From contig NZ_CP059997.1 of NCBI RefSeq assembly GCF_018736145.1, forward strand, positions 1,429,149 to 1,453,148: a DNA stretch of 24,000 bases, given 5' to 3'. The DNA is from Amycolatopsis sp. CA-230715. GTDB lineage: Bacteria > Actinomycetota > Actinomycetes > Mycobacteriales > Pseudonocardiaceae. Below, piece after piece: positions 7,700 to 14,895 of the stretch (positions are counted from its first letter, which is position 1; each line of letters opens with the position of its first letter). Position numbers and translations under genes: made by a program. A model generated the notes under the pieces. The model was not told where the DNA came from, did not search any database, and saw nothing but the letters and a program-made list of their open reading frames with translations.

Positions 7700-8158
7700 G
7701 TGATCGAAAAAGTTTCCATCATCATCTCGAAAGGTTCGCTGGAAGCCGTCTACCCCGGGCTCATCATGGCCAACGGCGCACGAGCCGAAGGGATCGAGGC
7801 CAACCTGTTCTTCACCTTCTTCGGCCTGGACGCCGTCCACCGAAAGCACCACGACCACATCAGGCTGGCCACCGTCGGCAATCCCGGCCTCCACCTCCCG
7901 ACCCTGGCCGGCGCCCTGCCCGGCGTTTCCGCGGCGATGACGGCCTACCTGGCCAAGAAGATGGCGAAGCTGGATATCCCGCCCATCCCGGAGTTCATCG
8001 AAATGATCTCCGATACCGGCGCCGGGCTCTACGCGTGCAAGGCCTCGGTCGACCTGTTCGAGCTGGCCAAGGACGACCTGATCGAGCAGGTGCAGGACAT
8101 CATCACGGTCGGCGAGTTCTACGACAAGGCGGACGGCGGCCAGATCGTCTTCACCTGA
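7700..8158 (+). CDS. DsrE/DsrF-like family protein (COG2210-type)
   Basis: 152 aa. Motifs KVSIIISKGSLE, ANLFFTFFGLD and GAGLYACKASVDLF (conserved Cys context). GTG start with AAAGGAGAAG upstream. Confidence 0.8.
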   Translation: MIEKVSIIISKGSLEAVYPGLIMANGARAEGIEANLFFTFFGLDAVHRKHHDHIRLATVGNPGLHLPTLAGALPGVSAAMTAYLAKKMAKLDIPPIPEFIEMISDTGAGLYACKASVDLFELAKDDLIEQVQDIITVGEFYDKADGGQIVFT

Positions 8159-8169
8159 AAGCCGCGAAT

Positions 8170-8208
8170 CCCCGTGCCCGGCCTCGTGCGACGAGGCCAG
8201 GCACGGGG
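8170..8208. terminator. bidirectional intrinsic-terminator-like hairpin between convergent genes
   Basis: CCCCGTGCCCGGCCTCGT (8170-8187) pairs with ACGAGGCCAGGCACGGGG (8191-8208) across a 3-nt loop, 17 of 18 bp. It lies between the stop codons at 8158(+) and 8221(-). Confidence 0.7.
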
Positions 8209-8220
8209 ATCTTCCGTGTG

Positions 8221-9018
8221 TCAGGCAGGCGGGGCGATCAGGCCGTAGTGCCCGTCGTAGCGCCGGTAGAGGACGCTCCCCCGCTCGTTCTCGGTGTCGA
8301 CGAAAAACACGAACGGCATCTCCGACATCGTCAACCGCGTGATGGCCTCGGTGACCGGCAACCGGACAGCGGGGTGCTCGCTCACCGTCAGCGATACCCC
8401 GGTCTGAGGGATTTCCTCGGGTACCGGCCGGACCTGCGCCAGCCGGTAGCCGTCCGGGGTGCGGTACAGCACGCTGTCCTGGCCCGTGGTGTTTTCGACG
8501 AACAGGTGGAAGGCGTAGTCCATCGAGTCCATCTCGTCCGCGGCCTCGTCGACCGAGCACGCGGCAAGCGTGAAAGCCTTGTGCCGCACGATTTGGCACT
8601 CCTCTTCCGGTCTGGGGAAGAAGGCCGGCCGAGCCGATCGCTCGGACCCGTGGCGCCACGAGCCAGGATGCGGCCATCGGCCCCGCCTGGCTTCCCACCG
8701 GGTCGACGACTTCGCCAATCGCGTGCGCAGCCGTTCGCACAACTCGTCCACCGCGCCGGCCACCGTGGCCGCGGCGGCCTGCGCGCGCACGGCCCGGCCG
8801 CGCAGCCGTACGTTCGCCTGGGCCACCACGCGGCGCTCGCGCGTCGGGTCTCGCTGCTCGGTCACTCGCACGCGCGCGTCGAGCACGGGCTTCGGCGCAT
8901 GGCCGAGGCTCTCCATGACGCGGTCACGGGCGTGCTCCCCGGCGCCGGGGAGGGTGCCTCGTACGGTCACCCGCACGTCGGTTTCTGTGTTGATCGTCGT
9001 CTCTCGCACATCGACCAC
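8221..9018 (-). CDS. long hibernation-promoting-factor-like protein (Rv0079/DATIN-like: S30AE domain plus C-terminal dimerisation domain)
   Basis: The C-terminal MDYAFHLFVENTTGQDSVLYR...MPFVFFVD..GSVLYRRYDGHYGLIAP parallels the Rv0079 and long-HPF C-domains. The N-terminal DVRVTVRGTLPGAGEHARDRVMESL is S30AE-like. The start is uncertain: GTG 9018, GTG 9009 or ATG 9132. The last would overlap the kinase gene by 46 nt. Confidence 0.75.
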   Translation of the reverse strand: MVDVRETTINTETDVRVTVRGTLPGAGEHARDRVMESLGHAPKPVLDARVRVTEQRDPTRERRVVAQANVRLRGRAVRAQAAAATVAGAVDELCERLRTRLAKSSTRWEARRGRWPHPGSWRHGSERSARPAFFPRPEEECQIVRHKAFTLAACSVDEAADEMDSMDYAFHLFVENTTGQDSVLYRTPDGYRLAQVRPVPEEIPQTGVSLTVSEHPAVRLPVTEAITRLTMSEMPFVFFVDTENERGSVLYRRYDGHYGLIAPPA

Positions 9019-9043
9019 GATGTCCGCCCGGTCCCCGTGCCGG

Positions 9044-9063
9044 CTGGGGTCCAAAGACCCGTC
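9044..9063. promoter_or_regulatory. DosR-box-geometry palindrome just upstream of the HPF-like gene
   Basis: ctgGGGTCcaaaGACCCgtc has 5-bp inverted arms with a 4-nt spacer and matches the DosR consensus 14/20 by eye, with A/T swapped at positions 7 and 14. It sits in the 68-nt gap between the kinase stop (9087) and the GTG 9018/9009 starts. Confidence 0.4.
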
Positions 9064-9086
9064 TTCGGCGGAATTGGTCTGCTCGC

Positions 9087-9878
9087 TCAGTCCGTCGCGG
9101 GGACGTGGGGTTGCGGGAGGGGAACTCGCCATTCGAGCCGGGTTCCGGCTCCGGGCTCGCTGGTGATGGAAAAGCCGCCATCGTGGATCTGAGCCCGCTC
9201 GCGCATGTTGCGCAGGCCGCTGGAGCGCGTGGTGGTGCCGAGGCCCCGCCCGTTGTCGCTGACGCGGAGGACCAGTTCGTCGCCGACCGCGAGACTGAGC
9301 TCGGCCTTGGTGGCGTGGGCGTGACGGGCGAGATTGGACAGCGCCTCACGGGTGACGGCCAGCAGGTCGGCGGCGATGTGGTCCGGCACCGCGGCGTCGA
9401 TGGGGCCCGCGAAGCTGACGGTGGGGCTGAAACCGAGGTTGTCGTCGGCTTCGGCGATCAGGTCCGCGAGCTGGATGCGCAAGCTCACCGCTTCTTGTGG
9501 GTGGTCGTGGAGGCCGAAGATCGCGGTGCGCAGGTCCCGGACCGTGGCGTCGAGTTCGCCGATCACCGTCCGCACCCGCTCGGCCGCGCGCGGGTTCCGG
9601 ATCAGTGCCGCGCTGCCCTGCAGGATCAGGCCCGCGCTGAAGACGCGTTGGATGACCTGGTCGTGCAGATCGCGCGCGATCCGGTCGCGTTCGGCCAGTA
9701 CCGCGTTTCTCGCCCACGCCCGCGCTTCGGCGTCACGTGCGGCTTCGAGTTCGGTGTGCAACGCGATGATGCCGCGGTTGGTGGTGTCGAGTTCCTCGGT
9801 GAGGTCGGCGATGCGCTGGTGCGCGGCAGCGAGCTCCGCCCGCGTACTCGACGGCTCGTGGTCTTCCGGTTCGCTCAT
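9087..9878 (-). CDS. soluble HisKA_3-type histidine kinase with no recognisable sensor domain (short N-terminal coiled coil only)
   Basis: H-box ERDRIARDLHDQVIQRVFSAGL, N-box REALSNLARHAHA, G1 SDNGRGL and G2 GLRNMRERA..GG. About 50 residues of helical sequence precede the H-box, with no TM, PAS or GAF. ATG 9878 overlaps the upstream stop (ATGA). Confidence 0.85.
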   Translation of the reverse strand: MSEPEDHEPSSTRAELAAAHQRIADLTEELDTTNRGIIALHTELEAARDAEARAWARNAVLAERDRIARDLHDQVIQRVFSAGLILQGSAALIRNPRAAERVRTVIGELDATVRDLRTAIFGLHDHPQEAVSLRIQLADLIAEADDNLGFSPTVSFAGPIDAAVPDHIAADLLAVTREALSNLARHAHATKAELSLAVGDELVLRVSDNGRGLGTTTRSSGLRNMRERAQIHDGGFSITSEPGAGTRLEWRVPLPQPHVPATD

Positions 9879-10885
9879 CGGTCGCCCCCTGCCGTGGCTT
9901 CGCCGGTGTCCTTGACGACGAGCACCGCGGCGTCGTCGTTGCCCCTGGCGTGATCGCGGTGCACCACGGCGGCGATCACAGCCGGGTCGTGGCGCAGCAG
10001 ACCGGGCCAGCGGGCCGGATCCCATCGCGTGTCGATGCCGTCGGAGGTCAGCACCGCGGTGGACCCCGCTGGCCAGGTGCGGATGGCCGGGTGCGGCCGG
10101 GGCGGCCGCAGGGAAGTGCCGAGCGTCCCATGCTGGCCGAGCACCTGATGGTGGTCCGAACCGGTGAGGACCCGGCAGGTGATGTTGCCGACCCCGACGA
10201 AGGAGAGTCTGCTTTCGCCCGGCTCGATCCAGCAGAGTCCGAGGACGCCGCCGCGGGTGCCCCGCATCGCTTCGTGGGCGCGCCGGGGAAAGTCGGTGAG
10301 CCAGTTGTCCGCAGCCCGCTGCCGTTCGAACGCTTCGACCGCCGCACCGGCCGCCGCGGCGGCTTCCGGTCCATGGCCGAGGCCGTCGACCACCAGCGCC
10401 GCCACATCCGATTCGACAGCGGCGACGGCCCAAGCGTCCCCGCTGGCACCGGCACCGCCGAGCGGGACGGTGACCCCGCCCCACCGCCACCGCCCGGCGC
10501 CCGACTCCGCGGCCCGGATGCGGACGAGGACGACCGTCCCGGACCGCGTGGAGTAGGTGTCGAAGACCGACGCGCGGCGCCGGACACCGGCCAGACCCAC
10601 CCCGAGCCCGCCCGCCCTCGGCGGGCCCGGTTCGTCCGGCATACCGGGGCCGTGGTCCACCGCGAGCAGTTCGAGCCCGCCGCCGGTCGGCCGGGTGAGC
10701 ACGTACCCGCCGGCGGTGTGCCGAAGGATGTTCGTGGCGAGTTCCGTCGCGACAAGTTCGGCATCCCCGTCGGGCAGGCCGGGCAGCGTGCTCGCTTCGG
10801 CGGCCATCGCCCGGCGGAGCACGCCGACGTCTTCGACGACGCGGACCGGGTACCGCCGGTGCGTCGTGCTCATCACCGCGCCCAT
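9875..10885 (-). CDS. fusion of an RsbW/RsbT-like HATPase domain with a PP2C/SpoIIE-type phosphatase (RsbX position of a stressosome operon)
   Basis: N-terminal half: ELATNILRH, VDHGPGMP, GGLGVGLAGV. C-terminal half: SGDAWAV..ALVVDGLGHGPEAA, VLTSDGI, GNDDAAVLVV, which are PP2C metal-ligand contexts. Start is ATG 10885, GTG 10876 or ATG 10873; the last two overlap the RsbT-like stop. Confidence 0.85.
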   Translation of the reverse strand: MGAVMSTTHRRYPVRVVEDVGVLRRAMAAEASTLPGLPDGDAELVATELATNILRHTAGGYVLTRPTGGGLELLAVDHGPGMPDEPGPPRAGGLGVGLAGVRRRASVFDTYSTRSGTVVLVRIRAAESGAGRWRWGGVTVPLGGAGASGDAWAVAAVESDVAALVVDGLGHGPEAAAAAGAAVEAFERQRAADNWLTDFPRRAHEAMRGTRGGVLGLCWIEPGESRLSFVGVGNITCRVLTGSDHHQVLGQHGTLGTSLRPPRPHPAIRTWPAGSTAVLTSDGIDTRWDPARWPGLLRHDPAVIAAVVHRDHARGNDDAAVLVVKDTGEATAGGDR

Positions 10886-11295
10886 TTGGTGATCGTGACC
10901 GTGGTCCCCGATTCTCCGGTGACGATCGTCAGCTCGTCGACGAGCCGTTTGGAGCCCGGCAGACCCAGCCCGAGGCTGCCGCTGGTGGAGTAGCCGTCGG
11001 TCAGCGCCGCTTCCACGTCCGCGATACCGGGGCCGTCGTCGGTGAACACCGCCCGCACCCCGCGGCGCCCCGGCTCGCGCACCTGCTCGACCCGCAGCAC
11101 ACCGCGCGCACCGGTGGCGTAGGTCAGGATGTTGCGGGTCAGCTCGCTGCCCGCGGTGATCAGCTTCGTCGAATCGACGAGGCCGAGCCCCGCCTCCTCG
11201 GCGTGCGCGCGCAACGACTGGCGCACCCGGATGAGATCGGCTTCGGTGGCGATCGCCACCGAAGCCCGACCGGTCTCAGTCAGCTCCGTAGCCAT
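10873..11295 (-). CDS. rsbT: RsbT-like serine/threonine kinase (anti-sigma regulatory factor family)
   Basis: About 140 aa. Motifs ITAGSELTRNILTYA, FTDDGPGI and GLGLGLPGSKRLVDEL. It sits directly after the RsbS-like gene with a 20-nt overlap (or 35 nt if ATG 11310 is used). Confidence 0.85.
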   Translation of the reverse strand: MATELTETGRASVAIATEADLIRVRQSLRAHAEEAGLGLVDSTKLITAGSELTRNILTYATGARGVLRVEQVREPGRRGVRAVFTDDGPGIADVEAALTDGYSTSGSLGLGLPGSKRLVDELTIVTGESGTTVTITKWAR

Positions 11296-11671
11296 CGCCA
11301 CGCACCGCATCGTCGCGAAGCCGCCGCAGCAGGGCCAGCCCCTGCTCCGCGTTCAGCGCCGTGTCCAGGTGCCCCATCGGGATACCCAGTTCGACCAGGG
11401 TGATCGCCACAGCGGGGGCGATCCCCACGATCGCCGCCTGCGCACCGAGCAACCGGATCATGCCCACCACCCTGGCCAGCACCCTGGCGATGAACGAATC
11501 GACCACCGTCAGCCCGCTCACGTCGATCAGCACGCCCGCCGCCTGGGTGCGCGCCACCTCCTCGGTCAGGTGCTGCTCGATGCGCACCACCGTGGCGTCG
11601 TCCAGATCGCCCTGCAAGGTGACGAGCAGGGTGTCACCGATCTGCAGGATCGGCACCGCCACCTCGCTCAC
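11276..11671 (-). CDS. rsbS: RsbS-like single-STAS protein
   Basis: VSEVAVPILQIGDTLLVTLQGDLDD...GVLIDVSGLTVVDSFIARVL..GIAPAVAITLVELGI aligns by eye along its whole length with B. subtilis RsbS, including the DSF serine. The GTG start forms a GTGA overlap with the RsbR-like stop (11668-11671). Confidence 0.85.
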   Translation of the reverse strand: MSEVAVPILQIGDTLLVTLQGDLDDATVVRIEQHLTEEVARTQAAGVLIDVSGLTVVDSFIARVLARVVGMIRLLGAQAAIVGIAPAVAITLVELGIPMGHLDTALNAEQGLALLRRLRDDAVRGDGYGAD

Positions 11672-12879
11672 GCCCGGCCACCGGTCACGTTCCTGGCGAT
11701 TTCGTCCGCTTCGCCCGCCCTTTCCCGCAGGATCCGCAAGGCGAGCTGGAGCGCGTCCCGCAGCGTGTTCCGGCTGCGCAGCCGCCCGAGGTCGATACCG
11801 AGGTGCACGATCGCTTGCGCGGTCTCCGGTCGGACACCGCTCACGATGCTCACCGCCCCCATCAAATTGGCCGCCTGCACGGTTTTGAGCAGGTGCTGGG
11901 CGACCAGAGTGTCCACTGTGGGCACACCGCTGATATCGAGGATGACGACTTCGGCCCGCAGCTCGGCGATGTTCTCGAGCAGGCTTTCGGTCAACCGCAT
12001 CGCCCGCCCGGAATCCAGGGTGCCGATGATCGGCAACGCGATCACCTTGTCCCACACCTGGATCACCGGTGTGGACAGCTCCATGATCTCGTCCCGCTGC
12101 TGCCGCAGCCGCGCTTCCTGTTCGCGGCGTTCGGTGACATCCCGGATCGCGGCGCACACCTGCGGCCCCTGATCGGTTTCCAGCGGGCTCAGGCTGATTT
12201 CGACCGGGAACTCGGTGCCATCGCGGCGCACGCCGAGCAGGTCGAGGCCCACGCCCATCGGACGCACCGCGGGCGCGGCGAGAAACCCGTCGCGGTGGCG
12301 GACGTGGCGCTGGTGCAGCCGTTGCGGGACGAGGATTTCGATCGGCTGGCCGACCAGTTCGTCGCGCGGGAACCCGAACAACCGCTCCGCCTGCCGGTTG
12401 ACCAGCGTGATCCGCCCGTCCGGCCCCGCGATCACCATCGCGTCCGGCGCGGATTCCAGCAGGGCCCGGAACATCGACTCGTCCGAGCGCCGTTCCGTCA
12501 CGTCCCTGGTCAGCGTGGCGAAACCGGTCACGGCGCCGTCGTCGTCCAGGATCGGCGCCGCGACCACGTTGGCCCGGAACCGGCCGCCGTCCTTGCGCAC
12601 GCGCCAGCCCTCGACCTCGACCCGGCCGCCCGCGGTGGCGGCGTCCAGGTCCTGCCGGTCACGACCGGCGGCGCGGTCTTCTTCCGTGTACAGCACGGAC
12701 ACCGACCGGCCCCGGATCTCCTCGGCCGCGTACCCCGTCAGTGCTTCGGCGCCGGAACCCCAGTCGACGACGGTCCCGGAAGCGTCCAGCCGGATGAGTC
12801 CGTCCCCGGCGAGCATCGCCACCGCTTCGAGCTCCCGCACGCGCGACCCTGGATCGGATCTCGCCGACGCCCCGTCCAT
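11668..12879 (-). CDS. rsbR: RsbR-like stressosome sensor: PAS-PAS-STAS
   Basis: Two PAS domains, each ending in DVTERR. The C-terminal STAS reads ELSTPVIQVWDKVIALPIIGTLDSGRA...VILDISGVPTVDTLVAQHL, matching the RsbR C-domain. ATG 12879 has GGGAGG 5 nt upstream. The track GTG at 12900 would contain that SD. Confidence 0.85.
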   Translation of the reverse strand: MDGASARSDPGSRVRELEAVAMLAGDGLIRLDASGTVVDWGSGAEALTGYAAEEIRGRSVSVLYTEEDRAAGRDRQDLDAATAGGRVEVEGWRVRKDGGRFRANVVAAPILDDDGAVTGFATLTRDVTERRSDESMFRALLESAPDAMVIAGPDGRITLVNRQAERLFGFPRDELVGQPIEILVPQRLHQRHVRHRDGFLAAPAVRPMGVGLDLLGVRRDGTEFPVEISLSPLETDQGPQVCAAIRDVTERREQEARLRQQRDEIMELSTPVIQVWDKVIALPIIGTLDSGRAMRLTESLLENIAELRAEVVILDISGVPTVDTLVAQHLLKTVQAANLMGAVSIVSGVRPETAQAIVHLGIDLGRLRSRNTLRDALQLALRILRERAGEADEIARNVTGGRA

Positions 12880-12964
12880 GCAGACCTCCCGATCCGGCAC
12901 GCCCTTCCGCGTGGCGCCCCGAATGCTATCGGCCGAAGCTCCGCCCGCACACCCGCCGGCCGGT

Positions 12965-13915
12965 CTACCTCCAGTCCTCGCGGTAGTCAGCGGTGGACGG
13001 GATGCGCAAGGGCGCCGCGGCGGGCGCCACGGGATACCCGACGCGCAGGATCAGCTGGGGAAAACCGGCCAGTCCGAGCTGGTCGACGAGGTCGGAGCGC
13101 ACCTCGGGCAGTTTCAGCGGCTGGGTCAGCACTGACGCCGCGAGGCCCCGTGCGACGGCGGTCAGCCAGACGCGCTGCATCGCGGCTCCGGCCCGCACCT
13201 GGTCCCGCCTGGTGTCGTCGCCGGTCACCAGTACCAGCAATCCTTCACGCGCCAGCCGCTCTGCCAGCGTGACGGTGTCCGGGAGGTGCGTGCTGGAGCG
13301 CACCAGACCCGCCCACGGCAGGCTGGCCCTGGCAGCACCCGGCTCCGGGACCGACGGCATCCACGCGGCCAGTTCCCGTTGGTAGGCGCGGTCTTCCCTC
13401 AGCACGGCGCCGGCGTGGGCGAGCAGCTCCGCCAGCCCGGTCGATTCGCGACGGGGATCGATCACCCGAGCCCACGTTCCGCCATCGCGGGCGATCTCGG
13501 TCAGCAAGCGCAACTCGTGCGCGGAAACTCGGTCGAGACGGAACGGAGCCCGGTGGCTGCGACGGCGGAAGAGCGCCGTGTAGCGCTCGTCCTCGACGGC
13601 GGTGGTGTCCTGACGAGTGGACGTTTCCAGCCTGGCCACCAAGTTCGGCCGTCGGTCGTCGGGGAACACCGACACCGCGGCATCCCGGCCGAGTGCTCGC
13701 ACGGCGAGATGGAGGTTGGCCACCGCTGCACCGCAGGAAATCATCCGGTCGCGTCCCGCGGGGTCGTGCCGCGGCAAGGCGGCGGTGGTCCGTTCGTGGA
13801 GTTCGGCCGTGCCCGTATCGGTTTCCAGCACCCAGGGCTGGGTGTTGTGCACCGACGGCGCGTGGCTGATGGCTCGCGCCAGGATGCCGATCTCGATCGC
13901 CGACCACTCGATCAT
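12965..13915 (-). CDS. Acg-family (Rv2032/Rv3131-like) FMN-binding nitroreductase-fold protein
   Basis: 316 aa. Motifs [11 protein letters not shown] near the N-terminus, [21 protein letters not shown], and a C-terminal second nitroreductase-like half (QRVWLTA...LILRVGYP). Confidence 0.85.
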   Translation of the reverse strand: MIEWSAIEIGILARAISHAPSVHNTQPWVLETDTGTAELHERTTAALPRHDPAGRDRMISCGAAVANLHLAVRALGRDAAVSVFPDDRRPNLVARLETSTRQDTTAVEDERYTALFRRRSHRAPFRLDRVSAHELRLLTEIARDGGTWARVIDPRRESTGLAELLAHAGAVLREDRAYQRELAAWMPSVPEPGAARASLPWAGLVRSSTHLPDTVTLAERLAREGLLVLVTGDDTRRDQVRAGAAMQRVWLTAVARGLAASVLTQPLKLPEVRSDLVDQLGLAGFPQLILRVGYPVAPAAAPLRIPSTADYREDWR

Positions 13916-14065
13916 GGCGTCTCCTGCTCCTGGTCGCGCTGACGACCCTCTCCGCGAATGGCTTGTCCTGCGGTGCTTCCAGCGTCGTTTGCCAGGTCCG
14001 GGCCGGACAGAGCCGCCCGCCCTCGACCCGAGGGCCGAAGTGCCTTCCGGGTGGAGCCCCTCGGC

Positions 14066-14136
14066 GAGATGACCTTGGTCCCTTCGGCAGGGGACCTTCG
14101 CCGTGCCGGAACTCGCCCGGAGTCTTTAGCCTGGAA
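14066..14136. promoter_or_regulatory. cluster of three DosR-box-like sites in the acg-like/dosR divergent region
   Basis: Site 14066-14085 is gagatGACcttgGTCCCttc. Site 14088-14107 is cagGGGACcttcGccgtgcc. Site 14117-14136 is ccGGaGtCTTTAGcCtgGAA. By eye they match TTSGGGACTWWAGTCCCSAA at 11, 11 and 13 of 20 positions. The last lies about 40 nt before the dosR GTG. Confidence 0.45.
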
Positions 14137-14175
14137 CACGGCAAGCTGGCAGCGTCTGAGAGAGGCAGTGTCTTC

Positions 14176-14823
14176 GTGATCAAGGTGTTCCTGGTCGACG
14201 ACCACGAGATCGTCCGGCGCGGAGTGGCCGAGCTGCTGGAGTCCGATCCCGAGCTGTCGGTGATCGGCGAAGCGGGATCGGTGGGGCACGCGCTGGCCCG
14301 GATCCCGGCGCTGCGACCGGACATCGCCGTGCTCGACGTCCGGTTGCCCGACGGCAACGGCATCGAGCTGTGCCGCGAGCTGCGGTCCAAACTGCCCGAG
14401 CTGAACTGCCTAATGCTGACCACGTTCACCGACGAACAGGCCATGCTCGACGCGATCCTCGCCGGCGCCGGTGGTTACGTGATCAAGGACATCCAGGGCA
14501 TGCGGCTGGTGGCCGCGGTCCGCGAGGTCGCGTCCGGCAAGTCACTGCTGGACAACCGGGCGGCCGCGACGCTGATGGCCAAGCTCAGGGCAGGCATCGA
14601 AGCGAACACCGGGCCGACATCCGGGTTAAGCGAGCAGGAGCGCACCCTGCTCGACCTGATCGGCGAAGGCTTGACCAACCGGCAGATCGCGGCGCGGATG
14701 TACCTCGCGGAGAAGACGGTCAAGAACTACGTCTCGCGGCTGCTCACCAAGCTCGGCATGGAACGCCGCACCCAGGCCGCCGTACTGGCCACCGAGTTGC
14801 GCGGCAAGCGTTCCGAGCACTGA
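14176..14823 (+). CDS. dosR: DosR/DevR-type NarL-family response regulator
   Basis: [36 protein letters not shown]...[20 protein letters not shown]...[16 protein letters not shown]...[16 protein letters not shown]...[53 protein letters not shown] is near-colinear with M. tuberculosis DosR (Rv3133c) as I remember it. GTG 14176 matches the MVKVFLVDD start of DosR. Confidence 0.9.
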   Translation: MIKVFLVDDHEIVRRGVAELLESDPELSVIGEAGSVGHALARIPALRPDIAVLDVRLPDGNGIELCRELRSKLPELNCLMLTTFTDEQAMLDAILAGAGGYVIKDIQGMRLVAAVREVASGKSLLDNRAAATLMAKLRAGIEANTGPTSGLSEQERTLLDLIGEGLTNRQIAARMYLAEKTVKNYVSRLLTKLGMERRTQAAVLATELRGKRSEH

Positions 14824-14875
14824 CACGATGCTGTCGCACTGACCGCCGCGACTTCCGGGTGCCCGTGGCCGTCCA

Positions 14876-14895
14876 GTAGGGACGTTGGTCCCCAC
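14876..14895. promoter_or_regulatory. DosR-box-like palindrome upstream of ldh
   Basis: gtaGGGACgttgGTCCCcac has both GGGAC and GTCCC arms intact with a 4-nt spacer, 15/20 to consensus by eye. It is the best box in the window, about 115 nt upstream of ATG 15010. Confidence 0.65.

Noticed and set aside
7282-9192. 636-aa plus-strand ORF and 398-aa minus-strand ORF (7544-8740) spanning tusE-like, dsrE-like and hpf-like genes
   Set aside because: They cross a strong convergent terminator hairpin and three independently supported genes, and have an Arg/Pro/Gly-dominated composition.
9879-10490. N-terminal 204 codons of the 467-aa track ORF for the histidine kinase
   Set aside because: This stretch is an Arg/Gly/Pro-rich out-of-frame overlap of the PP2C gene. 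ATG 9878 forms a classical ATGA coupling with the upstream stop and leaves a complete DHp-CA kinase.
13245-14444. 399-aa minus-strand ORF and 13963-14175 extension of the dosR ORF across the acg/dosR intergenic region
   Set aside because: There is no SD or family motif. It spans a divergent promoter region with box-like sites. The DosR alignment begins at GTG 14176 (VIKVFLVDD).
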